NCBI GenBank assembly: GCA_037440005.1
Contig: JBBIUY010000009.1
Span: 9,200 to 73,199 of the forward strand
DNA length: 64,000 bases
Source: Armatimonadota bacterium
Lineage (GTDB): Bacteria; Sysuimicrobiota; Sysuimicrobiia; Sysuimicrobiales; Kaftiobacteriaceae
Direction of reading: 5' to 3'
Both the position numbers and the translations under genes were made by a program. Positions 1-10,342 of this stretch are shown here, one piece after another (position 1 is the first letter of the stretch; the number at the start of each line of letters is the position of its first letter). The notes under the pieces were generated by a model. The model did no database searches and had not been told where the DNA came from. It saw only the letters and a list, made by a program, of their open reading frames with translations.

Positions 1-1452
1 AAAGCCCAGCCGGGCCGTGATCTCCTTGAGCACCTGGCCGGCGATCAGCCGCTCCCGCTCCGACAGGGGCAGGGTGCGGACGAACTCCAGCGCCTGGCGC
101 ACCGTCAGGGCGGTGAGCTCGGCGATGTTCTTGCCGCCCACCCGCACGCTGAGGGACTCGGGCTTGAGCCGCGTCCCCCGGCAGGTGGGACACGGGAGGG
201 TGGTCATGTACTGCTCCAGCTCCTCCCGCATGTAGTCCGACTCGGTCTCCCGGTAGCGCCGCTCCAGCTGGTGGAGGACGCCCTCGAAGGGGGCGTCGTA
301 GGTCCGCAGCATCCCCCACCGGTTGTGGTAGCGCACCCGGATGGGCTCGGGCGATCCGTGGAGCAGGACCTCGATGAACGACCGGGGCAGCCGGCGCAGC
401 GGCGTGTGCATGTCCACCCGGTAGTGGGCGGCCAGCGACTGGAGCAGCTCGTAGTAGTAGTCGCTGGTGGACGCCGCCCACGGCACCACCGCGCCGTCGG
501 CCAGGGACTTGTCCCAGTCCAGGATCAGGTCCGGATCGAACTCCTGCCGGAAGCCCAGCCCGGTGCAGGTGGGGCACGCCCCGTGGGGGCTGTTGAAGGA
601 GAAGATGCGCGGCTCGATCTCGGGCAGGACCGACCCGTGCTGGGGGCAGGCGAACAGCTGGCTGAACACCAGCAGCCCCTGGGTGGGGTCGATGAGGGCC
701 TGGGCCCGGCGGGGGGCCTCGGGGGCGGCGTCCTTGAGGACGTCCACGTACACCATCCCCTGGCCCAGCTTCAGGGCCGTCTCCACCGAGTCGGCCAGGC
801 GGCTGCGGACGTCGGGCCGGACCACGATCCGGTCCACCACCACCTCGATCCAGTGCTTGCGGTTCTTGTCCAGGGGGATCGGCTCGCCCAGGTCGTACAC
901 CACCCCGTCCACCCGCACCCGGGCGAACCCCTGGCGCCGCAGGTCGTCGAACAGCTGCCGGTACTCGCCCTTGCGCCCGCGCACCAGCGGGCCCAGGATC
1001 TGGATCCGCGACCCCTCGGGCAGGGCCAGGACCTGGTCCACGATCTGCTCCCGGCTCTGGCGCGCGATGGGCTGGCCGCACCGGGGGCAGTGGGGGACCC
1101 CGATGCGGGCGTACAGCAGCCGCAGGTAGTCGTAGATCTCGGTGACGGTGCCCACGGTGGACCGCGGGTTGCGGGGGGCGCCCTTCTGGTCGATGGAGAC
1201 CGCCGGGGACAGCCCGTCGATGTGGTCCACGTCGGGCTTCTCCATCAGCCCCAGGAACTGGCGGGCGTAGGCCGACAGGGACTCCACGTATTTGCGCTGG
1301 CCTTCGGCGTAGATGGTGTCAAAGGCCAGCGACGACTTCCCGGAGCCGGAGATACCCGTCAGGACCACGAACTTGTCCCGGGGGATCTCCACGGTGATGT
1401 TCTTGAGGTTGTGCTCGCGGGCTCCGCGAACGATGATCCGGTCCAGCGGCAT
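1..1452 (-). CDS. uvrA: Excinuclease ABC subunit A (runs off window start)
   Basis: Manual translation from ATG at 1452: [68 protein letters not shown], the UvrA N-terminus; lies directly downstream of uvrB. Confidence 0.97.
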   Translation of the reverse strand, partial: MPLDRIIVRGAREHNLKNITVEIPRDKFVVLTGISGSGKSSLAFDTIYAEGQRKYVESLSAYARQFLGLMEKPDVDHIDGLSPAVSIDQKGAPRNPRSTVGTVTEIYDYLRLLYARIGVPHCPRCGQPIARQSREQIVDQVLALPEGSRIQILGPLVRGRKGEYRQLFDDLRRQGFARVRVDGVVYDLGEPIPLDKNRKHWIEVVVDRIVVRPDVRSRLADSVETALKLGQGMVYVDVLKDAAPEAPRRAQALIDPTQGLLVFSQLFACPQHGSVLPEIEPRIFSFNSPHGACPTCTGLGFRQEFDPDLILDWDKSLADGAVVPWAASTSDYYYELLQSLAAHYRVDMHTPLRRLPRSFIEVLLHGSPEPIRVRYHNRWGMLRTYDAPFEGVLHQLERRYRETESDYMREELEQYMTTLPCPTCRGTRLKPESLSVRVGGKNIAELTALTVRQALEFVRTLPLSERERLIAGQVLKEITARLGF

Positions 1453-1482
1453 CGGTCTCCCCCGCGCCCTCCCGCGTCGGCC

Positions 1483-3603
1483 TCAGCGCCGGCGGTGCCG
1501 CCCTCCCCGGCGCGGCCGCGCCGGGCCGGCGGCCCGGCTGCCGGCGAAGAACGGCTCGCCCAGCCCCTTGCGCAGCTCGGCGATCTGGTCCCGCAGCACC
1601 GCGGCCTTCTCGAACTCCAGGTTGGCGGCGGCCCGCCGCATCTCCCGCTCCAGGGCCTCGATGGTCTGCTCCAGTTCCTGGGGCGACAGCATCAGCAGCC
1701 GGGCCACATCCCAGGGAACCCGGGCCCGCTGCTGCTCCGCCAGGGTGATCAGCTCCCGGGCGGTGAGGATTTCGGTGGACGGCTGATAGGTCTCCACCTC
1801 CTCGGCCACCTGCTCCAGGTCGATCATGTCCCGGATAGGCTTGACCACCGACCGGGGGGTGATGCCATGCTCCTGGTTGTACCGGAGCTGGATCTCCCGG
1901 CGGCGGTTGGTCTCCTCGATGGCCCGCCGCATGGAGTCGGTGACGTCGTCGGCGTAGAGGATCACCCGGCCGCTGATGTGCCGGGCCGCCCGCCCCATGG
2001 TCTGGATGAGGGCCGTCTCCGACCGCAGATAGCCTTCCCGGTCGGCGTCCAGGATGGCCACCAGGGACACCTCGGGCAGGTCCAGCCCCTCCCGCAGGAG
2101 GTTGATCCCCACGATGACGTCATAGGTGCCCAGGCGCAGGTCCTTGAGGATCTGCACCCGCTGCAGGGTGTCGATCTCCGAGTGCAGGTAGTGGACCCGC
2201 AGCCCCATCTCCTGCAGGTACGCGGTCAGGTCCTCGGCCATGCGCTTGGTGAGGGTGGTGACCAGGGTGCGTTCGCCCTTTCCCACCTGGGCCCGGATCT
2301 CGGCGATCAGGTCGTCCACCTGGCCCCGGGCCGGGCGCACCTCCACGTGGGGGTCCACCAGCCCGGTGGGGCGGACGATCTGCTCCACGATCTGCTGGCT
2401 GACCTGCCGCTCGTACTCCCCGGGGGTGGCGGACACGAAGATCACCTGGTGGATCAGGCTCTCAAACTCCTCCCAGGACAGCGGGCGGTTGTCGTAGGCC
2501 GAGGGCAGCCGGAACCCGAAGTCCACCAGGTTCTTCTTGCGGGAGCGGTCGCCCTCCAACATCCCGTGCACCTGGGGGACGGTGACGTGGCTCTCGTCGA
2601 TGAACATCAGGTAATCCCGGGGGAAGTAGTCCAGCAGGCACCCCGGCCGCTCGCCGGGCCGGCGGCCGTCCAGGTGGCGGGAGTAGTTCTCGATCCCCGG
2701 GCAGTAGCCCACCTCCCGCAGCAGCTCCATGTCGTAGCGGGTGCGGAACTCCAGGCGCTGGGCCTCCAGCAGCTTGCCCTGGCTGCGGAACCACTCCACC
2801 CGCTCCCGCAGCTCCTCCTCGATGCTCCGCAGGGCCCGCTCCAGGCGGTCCTCGGTGGTGACCCAGTGCTTGGCGGGCCAGATGGCCACCGCCGTCTTCT
2901 CCTCCACCACCTCCCCGGTGAGGGGGTGCAGCTCCAGGATCCGGTCCACCTCGTCCCCGAACAGCTCCACCCGCACCGCGCGCTCCTCGTAGGAGGGCCA
3001 CACCTCGATCACGTCGCCCCGGACCCGGAACCGGCCCCGGGCGAAGTCCACGTCGTTGCGCTCGTACTGGATGTCCACCAGCCGCCGGAGGATCTCCTCG
3101 CGGGTGCGCCGCTCGCCCCGGCGGATCAGGAGCATGACCTCCTTGTAGTCCTCGGGCCGGCCCAGGCCGAAGATGCAGGACACCGACGCCACCACGATCA
3201 CGTCCCGGCGCTCCATCAGCGCCTTGGTGGCCGCGTGCCGCAGCCGGTCGATCTCGTCGTTGATGGAGGCGTCTTTGCTGATGTACAGGTCCGTCTGGGG
3301 GACGTAGGCCTCGGGCTGGTAGTAGTCGTAGTAGGAGACGAAGTAGCGCACCGCGTTGTGGGGGAAGAATTCCCGGAACTCGCTGTACAGCTGGGCCGCC
3401 AGGGTCTTGTTGTGGGCCAGGACCAGGGTGGGCCGCTGGACGGCCTCGATGACCCGGGCCATGGTGTACGTCTTCCCCGACCCCGTGACCCCCAGCAGGG
3501 TCTGATAGCGGTAGCCCCGGCGCAGGCCCTCCACCAGCTGGGCGATGGCCGTGGGCTGGTCGCCCCGGGGTTCCAGGTTGGTGACCATCCGAAACTCGGG
3601 CAT
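1483..3603 (-). CDS. uvrB: Excinuclease ABC subunit B
   Basis: [28 protein letters not shown] motifs; C-terminal UVR motif ([11 protein letters not shown]). Confidence 0.98.
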   Translation of the reverse strand: MPEFRMVTNLEPRGDQPTAIAQLVEGLRRGYRYQTLLGVTGSGKTYTMARVIEAVQRPTLVLAHNKTLAAQLYSEFREFFPHNAVRYFVSYYDYYQPEAYVPQTDLYISKDASINDEIDRLRHAATKALMERRDVIVVASVSCIFGLGRPEDYKEVMLLIRRGERRTREEILRRLVDIQYERNDVDFARGRFRVRGDVIEVWPSYEERAVRVELFGDEVDRILELHPLTGEVVEEKTAVAIWPAKHWVTTEDRLERALRSIEEELRERVEWFRSQGKLLEAQRLEFRTRYDMELLREVGYCPGIENYSRHLDGRRPGERPGCLLDYFPRDYLMFIDESHVTVPQVHGMLEGDRSRKKNLVDFGFRLPSAYDNRPLSWEEFESLIHQVIFVSATPGEYERQVSQQIVEQIVRPTGLVDPHVEVRPARGQVDDLIAEIRAQVGKGERTLVTTLTKRMAEDLTAYLQEMGLRVHYLHSEIDTLQRVQILKDLRLGTYDVIVGINLLREGLDLPEVSLVAILDADREGYLRSETALIQTMGRAARHISGRVILYADDVTDSMRRAIEETNRRREIQLRYNQEHGITPRSVVKPIRDMIDLEQVAEEVETYQPSTEILTARELITLAEQQRARVPWDVARLLMLSPQELEQTIEALEREMRRAAANLEFEKAAVLRDQIAELRKGLGEPFFAGSRAAGPARPRRGGRHRRR

Positions 3604-3697
3604 GGAGGTCGCTCCGCCGCGCGCGGAGCATAAAAAAAGTATACCATCGCCGGCCGCACGGGGACCACCGGTCCGGTGCAGGGCCCGCGGGCGCCGG

Positions 3698-4300
3698 TCA
3701 GCCGGCCAGTTCCTGCCAGAGGATGTCCACCTGGCGGCGGGTCTCCTCCAGGGAGCCCCCGTTGTGGATCACCCAGTCGGCCTCGGCCTCCTTCTCGGCT
3801 ACCGGCCGCTGGGCCGCCACCCGCCGCTCGGCCTCCTCCGGGGTCAGCTCGTCCCGGGCCACCAGCCTTCGGATCTGCTCCTCCCGGGGCGCGGTGACGA
3901 CGATGACCCCCTCCAGGTCGAACGCCTCGGGGCCGGTGGTGTCCAGCAGCAGCGGGATGTCCACGATGACCACGGCGTCCGGGGAGGTCTGCCGCACCCG
4001 GGCCACCTCCTCCCGGATGCGGCGGCGGATCTCCGGATGGGTGATGGCGTTCAGCCGGCGCCGGGCGGCTTCGTCGGAGAACACCAGCCGGGCCAGCGCC
4101 CGGCGGTCCAGGCGGCCGTCGGGCTGCACCACGCCGGGGCCGAAGGCCTCCACGATCCTGCGGTGGGCCTCGGTGCCCGGCTCCACCACCTCGCGGGCGA
4201 TCCGGTCGGCCTCGATGACCACCGCCCCCCGCTCGGCGAACATGCGCGCCACGGTGGTCACGCCGGTGGCGATGCCGCCGGTGAGGCCGATGACCTTCAT
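3698..4300 (-). CDS. coaE: Dephospho-CoA kinase
   Basis: [13 protein letters not shown]..., [18 protein letters not shown]; conserved polA-coaE order. Confidence 0.93.
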   Translation of the reverse strand: MKVIGLTGGIATGVTTVARMFAERGAVVIEADRIAREVVEPGTEAHRRIVEAFGPGVVQPDGRLDRRALARLVFSDEAARRRLNAITHPEIRRRIREEVARVRQTSPDAVVIVDIPLLLDTTGPEAFDLEGVIVVTAPREEQIRRLVARDELTPEEAERRVAAQRPVAEKEAEADWVIHNGGSLEETRRQVDILWQELAG

Positions 4301-4352
4301 GCCGCCTGCGGGCTCCCGGCCCGCCGCCCGTCGCCCCCGCCGAGTCCGGCCG

Positions 4353-7022
4353 TCATGCCAGCGGCTCCATGTCCCGCCAGTTGGGCCCCACCTTCAGGTC
4401 CACCCGCAGGGGCACCGCCAGGGGGTACGCCCTCTCCATGACCTCCCGCACCTGCCGGCCCAGCTCCGCGGCGGCGGCGGATGGGACCTCGAACAGCAGT
4501 TCGTCGTGGATCTGCAAGATCATCAGCGCGCCGGGAAAGCGGGGCAGCACCTGCCGGGCCAGGTCCACCATCGCCTTCTTGATGATGTCGGCGCTGCTGC
4601 CCTGGATGGGGGTGTTGATGGCGGTGCGCTCGGCGGCCTCGCGGATGGGCCGGTTGCGGGTGTGCACCTCGGGGATGTAGCGGCGGCGGTTGAGCAGGGT
4701 GGTGACGTAGCCGTCCCGCCGCGCCCGCTCCACGATCTCCTGCATGTACCGCCGGACCCCCGGGTAGCGCTCGTAGTAGCGCTCAATGTAGGCCCGGGCC
4801 TCGGCCTTGCCGATCCCCAGCTGGGCGGCCACCCCGAACTCGCTCATGCCGTACGCTACCCCGAAGACGATGGTCTTGGCCCGGCGGCGCAGTTCGGGGG
4901 TGACGGCCTCCCGGGGGACGCCGAACAGCTCGCTGGCGGTGACGGCGTGGATGTCCTCGCCGCGGGCGAAGGCGTCCACCAGGCCGGGATCCCGGGTGAT
5001 GTGGGCCAGGACCCGCAGGTCGATCTGGGAGTAGTCGGCGCCCAGCAGGACCCGCCCCGGGCCGGCCACGATGGCGCGGCGGATCTTGCGCCCCTCGTCG
5101 GTCCGGATGGGCAGGTTCTGCAGGTTGGGGTCGGTGGTGATGACCCGGCCGGTGGCGGCCACCGTCTGGTTGAAGGTGGCGTGGACGCGCCCGGTGGCCG
5201 GGTGGACCATGGCGGGCAGCACGTCCACGTAGGTGGTCTTGAGCTTGGTCAGTTCCCGGTGGGCGACGATCTTGGCCACGATCTCGTGCTGGGGAGCCAG
5301 GTACTCCAGCACCTCGGCGTCGGTGGAGTAGCCGGTCTTGGTCTTCTTCACCGGGGGCAGCTGCAGCTTCTCGAACAGGACGAACGCCAGCTGGCGGGGG
5401 GAGCTGATGTTGAACTCGGTCCCCGCCAGCCGGTAGATCTCCGCCGCCAGCTCCGCCAGGCGCCGGTCCAGCTCCGCCGACAGGTCCCGGAGATACGGCA
5501 CGTCCACCGCCACCCCGGCCGCCTCCATGTCGGCCAGGACCGCCGCCAGGGGCATCTCGATCTGGACGAACAGGTCGTAGACCTCCCGCTCCCGCATCCG
5601 CTCTTCCAGCACCGGCCGCAGCCGCAGCAGCGCGTCGGCCGCCCGGCAGGCCTCGGCCACCGGGTCCCGGTCCAGGCCCAGCCCGTCGCCGGCATCGTCG
5701 CCCTCGCGCACCCGCCAGCCCAAAAACTCCCACGCCGCCGTCTCCAGGGTGTGAGTCCGCCGCCCGGGGTTGAGAAGGTAGGACGCGATCCCCACGTCAA
5801 AGTCCAGGCCGCGGGGGTGGATCCCCAGCCGGCGCAGGGTGTGCAGGTCGGCTTTGACGTCGCCGCTGACCTTGCGCGCCGGGCCTTCCAGGGCGGCGCG
5901 CAGTTCCGCCGGCGGGTCCCCGGGCACCGGCAGGCACAGGGCCGTCCCGGGAGCCGGGCAGACGGCCAGGCCCGTCAGGCGGGCCTGGAAGGGGTGGCCG
6001 GGTTCCCGCACCAGGTACAGCCCCACCTCGGCCGCGCCCTGCAGGGCGGCGGCCAGGGTGCCGGCGTCGGCCTGGCGGTACTCCCCCGCCGGTGCCTCCG
6101 ATGCCGCTCCTACCCGTTCCAGCAGGCTCTTGAACTCCAGATCGGCCAGCAGGGCCCGCAGGCGCGCCCGGTCCGGCGGCCGGCGGCGCAGGTCGTCCCA
6201 CGTCCACCGCACCGGCACGTCGGTGACGATGGTGGCCAGCCGCCGGCTCTCCCGCATCTGGTCGGCGTGGGCCCGCAGGACGTCCCGCAGACGGGAGGGC
6301 GCCTGATCCACCCGGGCCAGCAGGGCGTCCAGGGTACCGAAGGTCTGGATCAGCTGGCGGGCGGTCTTCTCCCCCACCCCCGGCACGCCCGGGAGGTTGT
6401 CGGTGGGATCGCCGGTCAGCCCCTTGTAGTCGGGCAGGCGGGCAGGCTCAAAGCCAAAACGCGCCCGGAACGCCTCCACGTCGTAGACGGTGGTGTCGGT
6501 GATGCCGCGGCTGGTCACCATCACCCGGATGCGGTCGTCCACCAGCTGCAGGACGTCCAGGTCGCCGCTGACGATCAGGACGTCGGCGCCTTCCGCCGCC
6601 GCCCGGCGGGCGATGGTGCCCAGGACGTCGTCCGCCTCGAACCCCTCCACCTCGAAGATGGGCACCGCCAGGGCCTGCAGGATCTCCTTGGCCAGGGCCA
6701 GCTGGGGCCGCAGATCGTCGGGCATCCGCTGGCGGGTCGCCTTGTACTCCCGGTACTGGACGTGGCGGAAGGTGGGGGCGGCCCGGTCGAAGGCGGCGGC
6801 CACGTAGTCGGGTCGCTCCTCCTCCAGGATCTTGAGCACCATGGTGGTGAATCCGTAGACGGCATTGGTGGGCCGGCCGTCGCTGGTGGTGAAGTAGGGC
6901 AGCGCGAAAAACGCCCGGTAGACCAGCCCGTTGGCGTCGATGAGGACCAGCAGGGGCGGGCGGTCTCCGTCCGCCCGCTCCACGCCGACTGCCCGGGGCT
7001 GCCCGGCCGTCTCGGCGGTCAT
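4353..7022 (-). CDS. polA: DNA polymerase I
   Basis: 5'-3' exonuclease motifs (LIDANGLVYRAFFA, EADD, GDPTDNLPGVPGVGEKTA) and polymerase motifs (ADYSQIDLR, QIHDELL). Confidence 0.98.
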   Translation of the reverse strand: MTAETAGQPRAVGVERADGDRPPLLVLIDANGLVYRAFFALPYFTTSDGRPTNAVYGFTTMVLKILEEERPDYVAAAFDRAAPTFRHVQYREYKATRQRMPDDLRPQLALAKEILQALAVPIFEVEGFEADDVLGTIARRAAAEGADVLIVSGDLDVLQLVDDRIRVMVTSRGITDTTVYDVEAFRARFGFEPARLPDYKGLTGDPTDNLPGVPGVGEKTARQLIQTFGTLDALLARVDQAPSRLRDVLRAHADQMRESRRLATIVTDVPVRWTWDDLRRRPPDRARLRALLADLEFKSLLERVGAASEAPAGEYRQADAGTLAAALQGAAEVGLYLVREPGHPFQARLTGLAVCPAPGTALCLPVPGDPPAELRAALEGPARKVSGDVKADLHTLRRLGIHPRGLDFDVGIASYLLNPGRRTHTLETAAWEFLGWRVREGDDAGDGLGLDRDPVAEACRAADALLRLRPVLEERMREREVYDLFVQIEMPLAAVLADMEAAGVAVDVPYLRDLSAELDRRLAELAAEIYRLAGTEFNISSPRQLAFVLFEKLQLPPVKKTKTGYSTDAEVLEYLAPQHEIVAKIVAHRELTKLKTTYVDVLPAMVHPATGRVHATFNQTVAATGRVITTDPNLQNLPIRTDEGRKIRRAIVAGPGRVLLGADYSQIDLRVLAHITRDPGLVDAFARGEDIHAVTASELFGVPREAVTPELRRRAKTIVFGVAYGMSEFGVAAQLGIGKAEARAYIERYYERYPGVRRYMQEIVERARRDGYVTTLLNRRRYIPEVHTRNRPIREAAERTAINTPIQGSSADIIKKAMVDLARQVLPRFPGALMILQIHDELLFEVPSAAAAELGRQVREVMERAYPLAVPLRVDLKVGPNWRDMEPLA

Positions 7023-7092
7023 GGCGCAGGTGGTCTTCGCCCCCGGCGCATCCGGCCCCTACGCCCCGCCCCCGCGCACGCCGCGCCGGCAC

Positions 7093-7181
7093 TGGTGCCG
7101 GGGGTGGGAGTCGAACCCACACGGGCGCCTCAGCCCGACAGATTTTGAGTCTGCCGCGTCTGCCAGTTCCGCCACCCCGGC
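7093..7181 (-). tRNA. tRNA-Leu(CAA)
   Basis: Reverse complement GCCGGGGTGGCGGAACTGGCAGACGCGGCAGACT-CAA-AATCTGTC...GGTTCGACTCCCACCCCCGGCACCA; long variable arm, encoded CCA; TATAAT just upstream. Confidence 0.96.
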
Positions 7182-7337
7182 ACCCGTCACCGCTATTATA
7201 CGGCCGCGGGCGGGACGCAGCCCGTGGCGGGAGGACGCCTTGCCCGGACCGGCGGCGCCTCCTATGATGGCCCTGGGCGGAGCGGACGTCCGTCCGGATG
7301 TGCCCGGGCGGGAACGGCGGACCGGCGGAGGTGCGCC

Positions 7338-8498
7338 ATGAAGGTCAGGATTCGCCACCAGCGGCGGGAGGTGGAGGTCGCCGGATCCGGGCGGGTGCGG
7401 GACGTCCTGGCCCGGCTGGGGATCAACCCCGAGGCCGTGCTGGTGATCCGCGACGACGCCCTGGTGCCCCTGGACGCCGAGGTGGGTCCCGACGACACCC
7501 TGGAAGTCCGGCCGGTGGTCTCCGGCGGAGCCCCCCGGTGCGACCGCTGCGGCCAGCCCGCCGCCGTGGACGTGCGGCGGCACCGGGCCACCTACTGCGG
7601 CCCGCACTTTCTGGAGTGGTTCGAGCGCCAGGTGCAGCGGGCCGTGGTCTCCGAGCGGATGTTCACGCCCCAGGACAAGATCCTGGTGGCGGTGTCGGGG
7701 GGCAAGGACAGCCTGGCGTTGTGGGACGTCCTGGTGCGGCTGGGCTACCAGGCCACCGGCCTCCACGTGCACCTGGGCCTGGGCGAGTACTCGGACGCCT
7801 CCCAGCGGGCCTGCGAGGCCTTCGCCCGCGCCCGGGGGACGCCGCTGCTGGTCGCCCACCTGCCCGCCGTGGCCGGGGCGGGCGTGGACGACCTGGCGCG
7901 GGCGAGCGGGCGGCCGCCCTGCTCCGCCTGCGGGCTGTCCAAGCGCTACCTGTTCAACAGGATCGCCCTGGAGCACGGCTTTGACGTGGTGGCCACCGCC
8001 CACAACCTGGACGACGAGGCGGCCCTGCTGCTGGGCAACCTGATCGCCGGGCAGCCCGACGCCCTGGCGCGGATGGCTCCCGTGCTGGAGGCGGGGCCGG
8101 GCCTGGTCCGCCGGGTGAAGCCGCTGTTCCGGATCGCCGAGCGGGAGACGGCCGCCTACTGCGTCCTGCGCGGGATCGACTACATCCTGGAGGAGTGTCC
8201 CCGCAGCGTCGGCGCCCGCCAGCTGGTGATCAAGGAGGCCCTGAACGTGATCGAGGCGGACGCCCCCGGCAGCAAGCAGGCGCTGTACTGGAACTTCCTG
8301 GAGCACGTCCGGCCGGCGCTGGCGCGGCACCGTCCCCCGGCGGCCCTGCGGGCCTGCGCGCACTGCGGCCAGCCCACCACCGCCGAGGTGTGCGCCTTCT
8401 GCCGCATGACCGAGCGGGCCGCCCGCCACCTGCGGGTCCGCGCGCAGCCGGCCGCAGCGGCCGGGGCCGGCACGCCCGCAGTCCCCGCCTCCGGGTGA
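7338..8498 (+). CDS. ttuA: TtuB-like ubiquitin-fold sulfur carrier fused to TtuA-like tRNA 2-thiolase
   Basis: GGAGGT RBS before ATG 7338. The N-terminal ~64 aa is ThiS/MoaD-like and ends VVSGG, followed by a Zn finger CDRC, PP-loop SGGKDS, CSAC, AHNLDD, EECP and a C-terminal Zn finger. Confidence 0.85.
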   Translation: MKVRIRHQRREVEVAGSGRVRDVLARLGINPEAVLVIRDDALVPLDAEVGPDDTLEVRPVVSGGAPRCDRCGQPAAVDVRRHRATYCGPHFLEWFERQVQRAVVSERMFTPQDKILVAVSGGKDSLALWDVLVRLGYQATGLHVHLGLGEYSDASQRACEAFARARGTPLLVAHLPAVAGAGVDDLARASGRPPCSACGLSKRYLFNRIALEHGFDVVATAHNLDDEAALLLGNLIAGQPDALARMAPVLEAGPGLVRRVKPLFRIAERETAAYCVLRGIDYILEECPRSVGARQLVIKEALNVIEADAPGSKQALYWNFLEHVRPALARHRPPAALRACAHCGQPTTAEVCAFCRMTERAARHLRVRAQPAAAAGAGTPAVPASG

Positions 8499-8514
8499 GG
8501 CGGCCCGCCGGAGG

Positions 8515-9651
8515 CTACCGCAGGATCTCCAGATACCGGCGCAGCAGCGCCCGGCGCAGCCGGGTCGTCCCCGCCACAGCCGCGGCCGCCGCCACGAGCA
8601 GAGGGGGCAGGGCCAGCAGCGCCTCGTTCATCCACCGCAGGACCCGGTACGGCCCGCGGGCGGTCCGGACGTAGGCACGGAAGGCCTGCTGGGCGTCCTG
8701 CAGGGAGAGCGTCCCCCGGGCAACCTCCCGCACCAGCGACCCGCACCGCCAGCCCGCCAGCAGGGCGGTGCGGATGCCTTCTCCCGTCAGGGGCAGGCAG
8801 TGGCCCCCGGCGTCGCCGACCACGAACACCCCGTCCCGCACCGGCTCGTCCGGCCCCCCGGCCAGGAACCCGCCGTGAAATCCGTGCGGTCGCAGCCCCC
8901 ACCGCCCCAGAAACCGCTCCAGCGCCCCGCGCAGGGCGCTGCGGCCGCGGTAGCTGAGGACCCCCGCCCGCACCCGCCCGCCGGCCGGGAACAGCCAGGC
9001 GTAGCCGTCGGGCGCTTCCGGCACGAAGTAAAAGTGCAGCCCGGGCTCGGCGCAGCCGTCCACCTCGGTTTCCAGGCCGAACGCCCGCCACCGCCGGGAC
9101 CGCGGCGGGCCCGCCAGGGATGACCGCCAGCCGGTGGCGTCGATCAGGTAGCGGGCCCGCACCGGCCCCGCCGACGTGCGCGCTACGGCTCCGTCCCGGC
9201 CCCGGACCGCCGCGCGCACCACCTGCGCCGACGTCCGGGCCAGGGCCAGGGCGCAGAACAGCCGGTAGTCGAAGGTGCAGAACGGCTCGGGAAGCGGCCA
9301 GCGCACCTCCCTGCCGGCGACGTGGATGACCAGGTGACGGTGGACCTGCCGGACCGCCCCGGCGGCCCCGGCGGCCTCCACGAGCGAGAGGGGGGCGGCG
9401 CACGCCGACGTCACGCCGTCGCCCACCGGGAGGGGGTCGACCAGGACCACCCGCAGGTCGCCGTCGCCGGCGGGGGCCAGGCGCTGGGCGGCGGCCAGAC
9501 CCGCGAAACTGGCACCGGCGATGAGGACGTCGGCGTCGCGCGGACACTCGAGCGCGCCGACCGCAGGCTCTCTCGCGGCAGGGCCGATCTCCGCGCGCCC
9601 GCCTGTCCCCGCGTCCGCGGCCCTGTCACTCCACCGGCCGGGCGTGCTCAA
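8515..9651 (-). CDS. FAD-dependent oxidoreductase, geranylgeranyl-reductase-like (start uncertain)
   Basis: DVLIAGASFAG Rossmann start, IDATG, GYAWLFP, VGDAGG..PLTGEGI. Confidence 0.75.
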   Translation of the reverse strand: MSTPGRWSDRAADAGTGGRAEIGPAAREPAVGALECPRDADVLIAGASFAGLAAAQRLAPAGDGDLRVVLVDPLPVGDGVTSACAAPLSLVEAAGAAGAVRQVHRHLVIHVAGREVRWPLPEPFCTFDYRLFCALALARTSAQVVRAAVRGRDGAVARTSAGPVRARYLIDATGWRSSLAGPPRSRRWRAFGLETEVDGCAEPGLHFYFVPEAPDGYAWLFPAGGRVRAGVLSYRGRSALRGALERFLGRWGLRPHGFHGGFLAGGPDEPVRDGVFVVGDAGGHCLPLTGEGIRTALLAGWRCGSLVREVARGTLSLQDAQQAFRAYVRTARGPYRVLRWMNEALLALPPLLVAAAAAVAGTTRLRRALLRRYLEILR

Positions 9652-10339
9652 AGGTGAACGTCCCCTTGTAGGCGGGGACCACCAGGGCGTCTTTGCGGGT
9701 GATGGTGATCTGCAGCCCCAGCGCCCGCAGCCCCTCCACCAGCCCTCCCCGGATGGTGAGGGCGCCTTCCAGGGTGTCCGGGTCGCCCAGGGCCACGATC
9801 ACGAACGGCCCGGTCAGGCGCTGCAGGTTCGCCACCACGGTGCCGCCCACCTGGCTGATCCCGGTGGTGGCCGTGATCCTCTGCCCGTTGACGGCCACCG
9901 CCTCGGCGCCGGCGGCCCACAGCTCGTTGATGACCGCCACCAGGTCCTGGTAGGTCACCACCACCGGCGGCCCTCCCTTGGGCTGCTCCCGGGGGTCCTC
10001 CAGGCGCACCACCACCCCCGGCCCCCGCATCGCCTTCAGCCCCAGGGCCACCCGCAACGTCTCCAGCTCGCGCCCCATGGCCTCGGCGAGACTGCGGCCC
10101 TCACTGGCGGCCCGCTCGTAGGTCTGCAGCCGGCGGCGCAGCTCGGTGACCTGGGCCTCCAGGCCCCGGCGGGCGGTCTGCTCTTCCCGCAGCAGCGTCG
10201 CCAGAGCGTACACGTTGCGGGTGGGGATCTCCGGCTGCTGGGACAGGGCCCGGCTGGCCCGGAGGTGGGCGACCACCACAAACCCCATGGCCGCCAGGGT
10301 GACGGTGATCAGCAGGTAGGGGGCCGACGGCCGCCGCAT
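9626..10339 (-). CDS. DUF881 family membrane-anchored coiled-coil protein
   Basis: N-terminal TM, coiled coil, GPGVVVRLED, INELWAAGAEAVAVNGQR. Confidence 0.85.
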   Translation of the reverse strand: MRRPSAPYLLITVTLAAMGFVVVAHLRASRALSQQPEIPTRNVYALATLLREEQTARRGLEAQVTELRRRLQTYERAASEGRSLAEAMGRELETLRVALGLKAMRGPGVVVRLEDPREQPKGGPPVVVTYQDLVAVINELWAAGAEAVAVNGQRITATTGISQVGGTVVANLQRLTGPFVIVALGDPDTLEGALTIRGGLVEGLRALGLQITITRKDALVVPAYKGTFTFEHARPVE

Positions 10340-10342
10340 GGC

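Noticed and set aside
7093..7181. tRNA as an integration site for an island
   Set aside because: No integrase and no duplicated tRNA 3' end seen; the flanks are housekeeping genes.
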